Source: Azolla caroliniana (taxonomy: Eukaryota; Plantae; Polypodiophyta). Taken from it: a stretch of 64,000 nucleotides of DNA. A program made the translations under genes and the position numbers. The stretch lies in contig JBHGNT010000020.1 in assembly GCA_043228905.1 (NCBI GenBank), positions 7,068,001 to 7,132,000 on the forward strand. Reading direction: 5' to 3'. Under the pieces are notes generated by a model that was not told where the DNA came from, made no database searches, and worked only from the letters and a program-made list of their open reading frames with translations. Below are positions 34,638 to 46,900 of this stretch, piece by piece; the stretch's first letter is position 1; the number at the start of each line of letters is the position of its first letter.

Positions 34638-35362
34638 CCATATAATATCTCGTGGTAAGAATTTACCGTAGTATTCTATACACGTGGATAAGTGTGAGGG
34701 TTAAATGAGAGTGTAAAGAAGGGGAGGATTACTTTTAATCCTCGGGATTGAGACAACCCATTAGGTCAAGTGTGAACTTGCCTGGGGGCCTTGGGTTTCG
34801 CTATAAATAAGAGGCCTAGCTACCCTCATTTGATCATCTTTTGACTACATCGAGACTCTGCTCGTGTGGTGGGTCAACTCTTGTAGCGAGCGCGCCAGCA
34901 CCAGGTACGACTCGACGCCACGGCGGTGGTATGGGACGCCGATCGAGGCTCGAGTCCGTCTCGATCCCTTCGCTCAGGGGTGGTCGGGTGGATCGGCACC
35001 CTTCTTTCTCTTTCTCCTTTCTATCTATCTTTTCATTATCCTTATCTTAAGCTTACGTTAGTACTATGATCTATAATACACATGCTCTACACGCACTCTA
35101 ATGGAGGAAGAGGATGCGGACGAGCGAGAGGCCGATTCGGCCAAGGACAAGGCAGACGAGGTCCGACCTACGACAACAACTCCCAATTTCGGCGCAAAAC
35201 GGAGGCCAACGAGGAACCTTCGCAAGAAGGGGGAGCTTCCACTCTGGCCTGAGCCGTCAAAACGCAACTAAATGCGGATATTGTAGAAAGCTCGGCCACC
35301 ACGAAGAAGAGTGCCGAAAGAAGATGCGTGAATCGGCTTCCACAAGCCGACAACTCACGAAT

Positions 35363-35500
35363 TACGCACACAACTCCGAGTACGAAGATCGTGGCGGAAT
35401 GTATGCACACAACTCCGACCGTGGCGAAATGTACGGGCACAACTCCGACTACGAAGATCGTGGCGGAATGTATGCGCACAACTCCAACCGTGGCGGAATG
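35363..35500 (+). repeat. In-frame coding tandem repeat (39+30 bp unit, duplicated) between the Gag knuckle and the protease of Copia B
   Basis: Encodes YAHNSEYEDRGGM-YAHNSDRGEM-YGHNSDYEDRGGM-YAHNSNRGGM. Confidence 0.9.
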
Positions 35501-38500
35501 TTCATGATGAAACATAGAGCAAACTCTATGTCGGCCGCTACCTCAACTAGTGCCTCCGGTCCGGAAGACGTATGGTTCGTCGATTCCGGTGCCTCGAACC
35601 ATATGACATCGCATCAAGAATGGTTCTGAGAACTTCGAGAGCCGGACCGACCCGGCTATGTCGAAACCGGAGATGACACTATGCACCCGATTCGGCACAT
35701 TGGCAATGTTCCATTCGGAAAAGAAGGTAAGCAAAATTACATTAAAAATGTCTTGCATGTACCGACCATTACGAAGAATTTGGTCTCCGTCAGCCAAATT
35801 GTAGAGCAAGGGATGCAAGTTCGATTTAATCAAGGCGGTTGCTTCATCGAAAAAGAAGGCCGACTCATCGCACGCGGATGAAGAGAGGGCCGGATGTTCA
35901 TTCTCGATTCACGCGAGATGAAATCTGCCATGTTCGCGAAAAACACGAAAGCCGACTCCGACATAGAGATATGGCACAAGCGAATCGGCCACATCAATCC
36001 CAACAAACTCAAAGCAATGAAATCGAAAGGAGTCGTCATCGGACTCCCGACATTCAAAGAGAAGGAGATTGAAGGTGTATGCGAAGCGTGCCAATTCGGC
36101 AAGCAACACCGACACCCATTCCCGAAAGAGCGGAACGTGAGCAAAGGTCTACTCGACGTAGTCCATTCCAACGTATGGGGACTGGCGCAGACGGCTACAT
36201 TCGGCGGATGCCGATATTACGTGCTCTTCATCGACGACTTCTCTAGGCACACTTGGATCTACCCGATGCGGCAAAAGAGCGAAGTGTTCGGACACTTCCA
36301 AAATTTCAAGAATGAAGTTGAGAAAGCCACGGGCTGACATGTACGATGCCTTCGATCGGATGGCGGCAAGGAGTACTTCTCGGACGATTTCACGGTGTAT
36401 CTCCGAAAGGAAGGAATTCGGTGAGAATTCACTTGCCGACACACTCCGCAACAAAACGGAGTAGCCAAGCGCAAAAATCGGCACATCCTCGAAGTAGCGC
36501 GAGCCATGATGAACGAGAAGCATATGCCCAAGTCATATTAGGCCGAAGCTGTAAATACGACCGTCTACCTAATGAACCGGTGCACAACATCCGGCGTGCA
36601 CGAGGTCACTCCGCACGAAAAATACTTCGGAAAGAATCCGGACTTATCGCACATCCGGATATTCGGCGCAATAGCGTACGTGCACATCCCCAACGAGAAG
36701 CGTCAAAAGCTTGACCCAAAGTCGGAGAAATGTATCCTCGTAGGATACTCATTGGAGCAAAAGGGGTACAAGTGCTACAACCCCTCAACTCGAAAATCTC
36801 GAGTAAGTCGAGACGTCGTTTTTGACGAGTCCGCATCCTGGTACGCACCAGAGACAACTCTAACTCCGACTCCTCTCGACCCGGAATTCGCCGAAAAAGA
36901 GATCGAGGATGAAGATCGCCTTATGCGCATATTCGAAGAAAGTCCGATCACGACCCGATTGAGCGGACCACAAGAGCCTTTGAGCGATCAAAGCACATCA
37001 CGACCTAGCCCGAAGATGGACAAAGGCAAGGCAAAAATGTCAGAATACGAAGACGATCAGTTCAATGACGATGAGTCGACTCACTCACTCGACAGTGAGT
37101 TCGGCGGTTTCGAGGTACCAATCGGAGTTAAGAAAGCCCTCATCTTTGCAAATGAAAAGCTCTGCCTATCCACTCGTGAAAAGAACCCCGTAAGCCGATT
37201 CAGCTACAACGATTATATGGCGTACCATTATGCCTTTATGATGAAGGTAGCGACAGTACGGGAGCCGGAAACTTTTTCGGAAGCCGCGAAGGACCCGCGA
37301 TGGATCAAAGCAATGAACTAGGAGATGCAAGCACTACGGAAGAACGAGACGTGGGATCTCGTTCCCACCTCACCACACAAAAAGGCGATTGGATGCAGAT
37401 GGATCTACAAGGTCAAGTATAATGCCGATGGCTCCGTAAACCGCTACAAAGCTCAACTCGTAGCGAAAGGATACGCTCAGACGCATGGCGTCGACTACGA
37501 AGAGACCTTTGCCCCGGTGGCAAAGATGACGACGGTGCGGACCGTAATTGCGCTTGCCACGGCGAAAGGATGGCACCTCCATCAAATGGACGTCAAGAAT
37601 GCCTTTCTACCAGGCAAATTAGAAGAGGAGGTGTACATGATACAACCACCCGGCTTCAACTCAAGCACCCATCCGAAAGTTGTATGCTGACTCAAGAAGC
37701 CACTCTACGGCCTCAAGCAAGCACTGTGTGCTTGGCATTCGAAGATAATGCAATATCTTCATCAAATTGGCTTCCGTATGTCAAAATCGGACAACTCCCT
37801 CTACATACGAAGCGATTTTGCAAGTCCGCTTGTCATCATCTTATATGTGGATGACTTAATCATTGGAGGTGAGCATCTCGTCGAAATCAATAAGGTCAAA
37901 TCCCTCCTTTCCGACAAGTTCGAGATGATGGACATGAAGGAGCTCCACGACTTCCTCGGCATTGAAGTAATTTGGACTCTGGCCGGAATCATGATCTCTC
38001 AACGGCACTACATCCTCAACTTGTTATACAAGTTCGGGATGGCTGAGTGCAAATCCACGACAACCCCGCTCGATCGCAATCTCAAACTAGATGCGAACTT
38101 CGGCACCAAAGCATGTGAGACGACTTAGTATCGGCAACTCATCGAGAGTCTCATCTACCTCACGATCACACGACCCGATCTTAGTTATCCGGTCGGTCTC
38201 CTTAGCCAATTCATGCAAACACCGCGTGATACTCACTTGGATTGCGCTAAGCGAGTTCTATGATACGTGAGCGGCACAATGGATTGCGGCATCCTCTACA
38301 AGACCGCGATGCCAATACGCCTCGAGGGGTACACAGATGCCGATTGGGCCGGCTACAAAGCCGATAGAAGATCAACCTCTGGATTTGTTTTTTCCCTTGG
38401 CACCGGAGCAATATCCTGGAGCAACAAAAAGCAACCAACCATCGCTCTTTCAAGCATAGAGGTGGAATACAGGGGCGCGGCAGTGGCCGCATGTGAAGCC

Positions 38501-39450
38501 GTATGGCTCAAGAGGATACTTAAGGATCTGGGCGTACCCATCAAGGATCTGACTTCCCTTTATTGCGACAACATGAGCAATATCTACCTGGCTCAGAACC
38601 CGGTGTTCCACGCGCGGACAAAGCACATCGAAGTGCACTATCACTTCATCCGAGAGCGCGTTCTAGCTGGCGATGTCGACCTACAACACATTAGCACCAA
38701 TCTTCAAACGACCGACATCTTCACTAAAGCCTTAGGAGCCGACAAGCTATGGCAATTTATGACCGATCTTGGATTGACGATCCCTGACCTGCCAAGCTTG
38801 AGGGGGAGTACTGAAGACATTACGCAATAACGCGTGGATTCCGCAAACCACGCACACTGAGCTGATCTACTGTGCAAAGCCGCGAAGAAAGACGCAAGCC
38901 GAAGCACAGACTTCGCAACTACGCACAACGCAAGATGGAGCACGGATTTCGCAACTCCGCATAAACGCGAGTTGACACGGACTCCGGAACGCGAGTCGAA
39001 GCGGATTTCGGATACCGTCTGAAACCAACCCGACTTGAGTTTGAGGTGGCGTGTTGAGAATCAAGCTCAACTTGGTCTAGTATGTGAACTCACCTTGAGA
39101 GTGAATAGACACTCCAACGGTCAAGAGTCACCATTATGTCACCTCTTTGTATTCTAGCATTTAGTATGAGTCATAGAATCATATTCTATGACACATAACT
39201 TATGAGCTTTCACATTCCCCATGCTTCATGAGTCATGTAGTTAATGAAGAGAGAGGGTGACTATATAAAGCACCCTCCCCCCTCCTTGTATAATGTTGAG
39301 TCTTTCTCCTTTGTCAATATACTTTTACCTTGCGTATTCTCTGTGTTTCACTCACTCACTCTCTCACTCTCTCTCTCTCTCTCTCTTACACACACACACA
39401 TAACTCATATCTCTTCCGCTTCACAAGAATCCATCTCTTGGTTCTTTACA

Positions 39451-40381
39451 ATTAGTTACTGCCAACCTATAGTCTAGCAACGAATTAGCTAAGATGTAGC
39501 TTATTAACTAAGTGGTAGCTAATTAGCTACTACCATAATTAAGTAGAATAGCTAATTACCTACTGCCAGCCTATAGTGTAGTAGCTAATTAGCTAAGTGG
39601 TAGCTAATTAGTTACCACCATACTTAGTAGAATAACTAATTAGCTATTGCCAATCTATAATCTAGCAGCTAAATAGGTAAGCAGTATCAAGAGTGGTAGC
39701 TAATTAGTTACTACCATTATTAAGTAGCTAATTAGCTAAGATGTAACTAATTAGCTACTGCAACCTATAGTGTAGCAGCTAATTAGCTATAATGTAGCTA
39801 ATTAGCTAAGTGGTAGCTAATTAGCTACTACTACCCTATTGTCTAGTAGCTAATTAGCTAAGATGTAGCTAATTGGCTAAATGGTAGCTAATTAGCTATT
39901 GCCAACCTATAGTCTAGCAACTAATTAGCTAGGATGTAGTTAATTGGCTAAGTGGTAGCTAATTAGCTACTACCAACCTATAGTCTAGCAACTAATTAGC
40001 TACTATCATAGCTAATTAGCTACTACCATACTTAAGAAGAATAGCTAATTAGCTTCGATGTAGCTAATTATCCACTGTCAATCTAAAGTTAGCAGTTATT
40101 TAACTAAGATGTAGCTAATTAGCTAATCAGTATCAAGAGTGGTAGCTAATTAGCTACAACCATAATTAAGAAGAATAGCTAATTAGCTAAGCAGTATCAA
40201 GAGTGGTAGCTAATTAGCTACAACCATAATTAAGAAGAATAGCTAATTAGCTAAGCAGTATCAAGAGTGGTAGCTAATTAGCTACTGCCATAGTTAGGAA
40301 GAATAGCTAATTAGCTAAGATGTAGCTAATTAGCTACTACCAACCTATAGTCTATCAACTAATTAGCTTAGATGTAGCTAA
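39451..40381. repeat. TAGCTAATTAGCTA palindromic minisatellite, segment 2
   Basis: Dozens of TAGCTAATTAGCTA cores with higher-order repeats, e.g. CAGTATCAAGAGTGGTAGCTAATTAGCTAC three times at about 40130-40285. Confidence 0.92.
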
Positions 40382-42020
40382 TGTTGGTTAATGTCGAGAA
40401 TTATGCGGAAGTGTGTGTTCGGATCTTATGGTTATGAACAACAAACAACATACACACAGAAGATAGAAAAGGCAGATATAGACTTACACAGTTGGAAGCT
40501 TTAATGGAAAGCTTCATCTTCGCATGGTAGACGGGATTGTTGATGAGGTGTATTGCGCTTTGTGAGTTGCAATAGATGGTCGGCACTGGTTGGTCTATTC
40601 TGTTTGTAGTTCCGAAATCGGTAGACAGTCGGTGCAACCAGATCGCTTCCTTTGCTGCTATGTACTCGGCTTCTGTGGTAGACAGAGCCGTGCACTTCTG
40701 AAGTTTCGACCTCCATGATATTGCACCGCCACCATAGGTGAAGATGTAGCCTGATGTCGATTTCCGATTATCTGTGTTTCTAGCGTAGTCAGAATCGGTG
40801 TAGCCTTCGACTTCGGTTGATGTTGTCGAACCGAATGTCTGCTGTGCATCTGTGGTTCCTTTCAGATACCTAAGGATGTGCTTGACGGCCTCCCAATGCT
40901 TCTTTCTTGGGTTTGACATGTACCGGCTGACCACCCCTATGGCATAGGCTAGGTTGGGTCGGGTCGCCACCATTGCATACATGATACTTCCTACTACCGA
41001 TGCGTAGGGTATCTTTCCATTAAGGTCTCTCTCCTTGTCGTTTGTAGGAGAGTCTCTGTCCGATAGTCTGATCGACGTCGGAAGTGGTGTTGGTGCTGGC
41101 TTTGCATTCTCCATGTTTAAGCGCTTTAGCACCTTGCTGATGTAGTTCGATTGGGAGAGTCGGAGCGTCTTGGTCGTCCGATTTCGCTCTATCCTCATGC
41201 CCAATATGTGTTGGGCTTGTCCTAGTTCCTTCATCGCGAATTTTGCGTGAAGGCTCCGCTTGAGCTTTCCGATCTCTGCTTGATTGCTCCCTGCAATCAA
41301 CATGTCGTCAACATAAACGATCAGATAGATCTTGGACTCGTCGGCCAGTTGCCGAACATACTGTTAGGATTTCGGTCCCTCCGGATGGGATGATGAGTAC
41401 CCGACAAGGAAGACCCGGTGAGAACCAGATGATGAATACCCGGCAAGGAAGACCCGGTGAGAACCGGATGATGCAGGCTCGGTGAGAAGCTCTCATCGGA
41501 TGAAGGGACATATATGGAAATATGTTTCTGAGAGCCCATTGGGGCTATATATGTAAATAGTCCTAATGTCATATTAGTATAAATATGACCTAGGGCAAAC
41601 AGAGTGTATATGTGTGTGCATCATTGTGTTGTCATTTTTGACATAGAGTTATTGGTGTAACTGTTGTACAGAGCATAACACACACAGAGAGAGAGAGAGA
41701 GAGATACATAGTGATTCTTTGTTGTAACCGCCGCCACACGAAGAGTGTGAGCGCGAGGTCGTCGCCTCTGTGCCCCTTGTTGTATTCTTTGACATGGTGA
41801 TAGTTTGGAGTCCGTGGGCTCCCGTGGTTTTTCCCATTTAGGGTTTTCCATGTTAACATATTGTGTACCCTCTCTCATATTGTCTATGTGTACGTGTATT
41901 CACCTCCATTCCCATTCTCGGTGTTCGATTCTAAATGACACGATTTGAGACTTGGTTGTTGCTGAGTAATATTCCACATATTTCGCGTCAATCTGGTATT
42001 AGAGTGAAAGGACACAAAAA

Positions 42021-43262
42021 ATGGAAGATTCGTTGGGAGGCATGTTCAAGCTCACCGGCTCCAACTACTCAATGTGGAAGTCAAAGATGAGGGACATGCT
42101 CGTGGTTAAGGATCTTTGGTTTCTGGTTCAGTTCATGGACAAGAGACCAGACAAGATCGACACCACAGTGTGGGAGGTAATGCACATGAAGACAACGACA
42201 TACATCCGACTTTTCATCGAAATGAGCATGTACAACAACTTTAATGAGGAGAGTAGGGCTCATGAGCTATGGGAGAAAATCAGCATTATGTTTCAGAACA
42301 AAAATGCTGTTAATCAGGTTTCGGTATTCTGGAAGCTAGTAAGACTCCGGTACCAAGATGGCTCCAGCATGGCGCAACACATGAATGCCTTCCAGGGGCT
42401 GATACAGCATGAAACCTCATTGGAAGTACCTCTCACCGATGAGGTACTTGCTCTACTCCTACTCGGTTCCCTCCCGGATAGTTGGGAGACGTTAGTTGTC
42501 ACTTTGGGCAACGCCGGGCCGGAAGGAAAATCGTCATCCATAGCAAGAGTCAAGTCGAGCTTGCTAGATGAGGAGGCGCGTCGGAAAGACAAGGATACAA
42601 TCTTCGACTCCAAAGCGCTTCTTACCGAATCGGAACGCGGAAGACAAAGGAACTGTAGTCTCCAGAACTGGGAAAAGTCGGGGACACGGTCAAAGTCAAG
42701 GGGGAGGCCTACTTGCTTCTATTGCGGCAAGACGGAGCACTTCCAGAAGAATTGTCGGCATTTCCGAAAAGACAAGGAAACTGATAGTACCGATTCGAAA
42801 CGGTCACCGGACTGTAATAGTAAAGACCGGAGGGGACCACACCGGAAGGGAACGACGGGAATTGCGGCAAGTGAAGAAGAGTTGATGCTCATCACTGAGG
42901 AGAGTGAGTTGAACCTTGCCGGCGACGAGACAACGTGGGTTGTCGATTCCGGAGCGTCGTTCCACATGACCCCAGACCGGAAATGCTTCTCATCCTACAC
43001 AGCCGGTGAGCACGGTTGTGTCCGGATGGGGAATGAAGGTACATGCCGAATTGTCGGCATAGGAGAAGTGTGGTTGACAACACCAACCGGATGCAAGTTG
43101 CTGCTGAAGGATGTTCGACACGTTCCGGAGGTTCGACTGAACCTAATATCAGCCGATCGGCTAGACAATGAAGGCTACACGGGTAGCATCCGGAATGGAG
43201 TCATGAAGTTTAGCAAAGGGAGTCTAATAGTGGCTCGGGCCCGGAAAGTTAACACTTTGTAG
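42021..43262 (+). pseudogene. Copia D gag-protease segment (premature stop)
   Basis: MEDSLGGMFKLTGSNYSMWKSKM...CFYCGKTEHFQKNC...WVVDSGAS. Confidence 0.9.
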
Positions 43263-43947
43263 CTAATGAATGCCCGGTTATGATGGGAAGAAGTGAACGT
43301 TGCATCCAACACTACCGGTGAGTTGTGGCACAAGAGCCTGTGTCACATGAGCGAGAAGGGGATGAAGAGACTTGCCGATGACAACCTCATTCCGTTGAAA
43401 GACGTGCATCTTGAGAAGTGCACCGACTGCTTGGCCGGTAAGAAAAACTGAACCTCCTTCTGCTCAAGGCCACCGATGAGACGTAATGCACCAATGGAGC
43501 TGGTGTATACCGATGTGTGTCAAGTGGACACGAAGTCACATGCCGGATCGCAATACTTCGTGACGTTCATAGATGACCACAACCGGAAGCTGTGGGTCTC
43601 GCTGCTGAAGTCGAAGGATCAAGTGTTATCCATCTTCAAGGAGCTCCACGCGAGAGTGGAAAGAGAAACCGGCCAGAAGCTGAAGGCGGTTCGAGCAGAT
43701 AACGGAGAAGAATACCGTGGGTAGTTTGAGGAGTACTACCGCTCGAAGGGAATCAAGCTCGAATTTACCGTGCCGAAGACGCCGGAACTCAATGGGCTGG
43801 CCGAGAGGATGAACCAGACAATAATGGAGAGGGTCCAGAGTATGCTGGCACATGCAAAGTTACCCAAGATATTTTGGGCTGAGGCGGTGGTGACAACGAC
43901 GTACGTGATAAACAGATCACCCTTAGTGCCCTTGGATGGAGACACGC

Positions 43948-46900
43948 TATCGTGCCTTTCGGCTCCGGATCATTGTGTGAGTCGGGTGGGGACCACTGAG
44001 GTTTTGGACCAGGAGAAAGAAGAATACGAGATAAGGCTCCTTATGAATGGATTGCAAGAAAGAAAAATATTTGAAGGAAGATATGAAACTTGTGAATCCC
44101 ACGAGTATAGTGTATTAATTGATACTTAGAATGTAAGAGAGAAATAGATGGGAAAAAAATTGTGAATCCCACGAATATATTAGATTGATCAAAATCCTTG
44201 TAAAATAATCAACAACAACCCATACATCTTTCTCTCCTCCTGATATAAGGATGGAAGAGGCTAAGCATAGTTTCATGCTTTTTCTAAAGTGTTCATGCAC
44301 ACTAAATGTGCATGAGTTGCCTTTTTACACTATGCTTTTATTTCCTAAATATAGTGCTCATACTCGTTAGTGTCGGGAACTCAACGCTCCCTATACGCAA
44401 CGCTCGGCCACAACCGAGCTTAGGATCATACACAGAAAACGGGAAATAAAACACGACGAGAAGAAGAGGGAGGTACACAGGAGGTTTACGTGGAAAACCC
44501 CAAACTAGGGGAAAAACCACGGCAGCGCACAGGCTGCAAACTGTCACTATGTAAGAATATACAACCGTGAGTTCACTGAGGCACCGACCTCGTGTTCACA
44601 GATCTTTGCCACAGGCGGCGGTTACAACAGAGGCAACAACCTCTTTCTCTCTCTCTCTCTCTCTCTGTACAGTTACACACACACTCTCTTTTCTTGCACC
44701 AACAAGAAATGAACAACTACTACACCACATATTTTCCCTAAGTCATATTTATACCAATATGACTTTTCAGCTATTTACAAGTATAGCCTCGATGGGCTCT
44801 CAGAAACATATTTACGAATATGTCTCTTCCTCCGGTTCTCACCGGGTCTGCGTCATCCGGCTCTCCGTAGCTGGGTGCTCCTCATCTGGTTCTTCACCGG
44901 GTCTGTATCATCCGGCTCTCCATAGCTGGGTACTCCTCATCCGGTTCATACCGGGTCTGCACCATCCGGCTCTCCGTAGCCGGGTACTCCTCATCCGGTT
45001 CACACCGGGTCTGCATCATCCGGCTCTCCATAGCCGGGTACTCCTCATCCGGTTCACACCGGGTCTGCACCATCCGGCTCTTTGTAGCCGGGTACTCATC
45101 CGGTTTCGGCCTCGGCCTATCGGCCTTGGCCGAGTTTGTTCATCAACACTGTTCTTCTCCCTTCCCATCCGGAGGGACTTGTCTCCCAACAGTTAGATGT
45201 GCACGAGTCATTTTTTATTGGTGTACATTTTTCTTATAAATAAAGTATTCACGCATTCTAAAAAATGCATGACTTTCCTTTTAATAAAGGTTGGCGTAAA
45301 TAAAGGTCTTATTCGTATTACATCTATATTTAGAACCAGTTACGGAGCTATGCGTCGTCTGATCCGCCCATAGTGCATACAGAAGCATTTGCGGCCAGTC
45401 CTTCACCCTTCCATCGCATGCCTTCGTAGGTGCTTTGACAATCGGACTATGTCCTCGTTCGATCTTCCCGTTGGCTTCCGGATTGTATGCCGTTGTTAGT
45501 GTTAACCGAACTCCATGTTTGGTGAAGAATTCCTTAGCTTTATCAGAGTCGAGTTCTCCTCGATCCGCAATCACTTGTCCTACGCACCCGTACCTGCAAA
45601 ACACCTCCTCCAAAAGAAATTGGCATATTGTAGAACATGTTTTCCTTCGTAGCACCTGACCTTCTACTTGGTTTGTGAGATCTTCCCGAGCTAACACCAA
45701 GTAGTTCTTTTGTCCGATCCCGGTTGGCATGGCTACAATATCGACCATCCATTTGAAGTTGATTGTCGGTGAGAATGTCGGATGTAACTCATCTCGGTGT
45801 CGAACTCCGGAGTAGATTTGACACTTCTTGCAGCTTTCCGTGAATTTCGCTATATCTTTGTACATGTTCCTCCACCAATATTTTTGTTTGATTTTCACAA
45901 AAGTTGCCTATGTTCCTCGATTTCCAGCCCAATCAGATTCGTGAAATTCGGACATGATCCGGTTTCGTTGCTCTTTCGTCTCGACTACCCGAAGTGGTAT
46001 GCCATCCGGTCTTTTCGGCTCCCTCCATATTAATCCATTTTTCAAGAAGAACTTTCGGACTTGCCGCTTCTTACTTCGGATCTCGGCTCTCTTCTCTTTA
46101 TTGTCTGATGATTTCTCGATTTCTTGTAGCACTTTCCCGATCAGCAAGCTTTCTCCCTCGTATTCTTCTTCCCGGAATTCTCGGATTACGTTCACCTGGC
46201 ATATGTGATCCGAAGCAAAGTAGTCTTCGAAAACTTCTTCATTATCGAATTCAGTTATGTCATCTCCGAACCGCGCTCTTGATAGCATATCCGCTACCGC
46301 GTTGTCTTTTCCGGAGATGTGTCGTTCCTCCGGATTAAGCGACTTAACATATGCAATCCATCTTAGCATAGCCACATCCGGTATCGTGCAACACCGCATC
46401 ATCCAGAGTATCGGAACACAATCTGTTTCGATCACTACTTCGGCTCCGATCAAATAATCTCGATCCGATTTGATTGTTGACACGACTCCCCATAATTCCC
46501 TTTTGACTTGTGCATATCCGCGTTGCCTTTCGTTGAGAACCTTTGCTCCGAATCGGATTGGATATCGCGAACCATCCGAGTCGGCTTGATTGATGACCCA
46601 TCCGATTCCGGTTGGACTTGTGTCAACCGTTACTATGATCGGTCGGTCATAGTTCGGCTTCTTTAGTGCTTTTGCCCTCCGTAGTGATTTCTTGAGCCTC
46701 TTCACAACTTTGGTATGCTCCGGTTTCCATTCGAACTTCTTACCCTTCCGCAACAAGTGATAGAGTGGGTCCGCAATATGTGCGTAGTGCGGAATCCATA
46801 TGTGATAGAACACACATGCTCCAAGAAACCTTCAGACTTCGGATTGTGACTCACATACTTCTTTCATAGCTTGAATCACATCGATCTTGATTGGTGACGG

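Larger units (their letters stand above)
28060..35078 (+). mobile_element. Intact, young chromodomain-bearing Ty3/Gypsy (chromovirus) retrotransposon
   Basis: 455-bp LTRs at 28060-28514 and 34624-35078 differ at 3 positions by eye. TSD CACAT (28055-28059 and 35079-35083). Met-i PBS at 28517-28528. PPT AAGAGGGGGA at 34611-34620. Single long ORF. Confidence 0.97.
27458..38830 (+). pseudogene. Copia B gag-pol, interrupted at 28060-35078 and containing several stops
   Basis: Starts MNTQMGSALPTEKLDRNNFESW. Rejoins in frame across the TSD (EGHMLYTH). Motifs: CGYCRKLGHHEEEC, WFVDSGAS, WHKRIGH...CEAC, FIDDFSR, LYVDDL, YTDADWAG, HARTKHIEV. Confidence 0.92.
26897..39450 (+). mobile_element. Copia LTR retrotransposon B, full length and decayed, carrying a nested Gypsy
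   Basis: LTRs at 26897-27298 and 39052-39450. TSD ATTAG (26892-26896 and 39451-39455). Met-i PBS at 27299-27310 directly abuts the LTR. Domain order gag-PR-INT-RT-RH. Confidence 0.95.
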
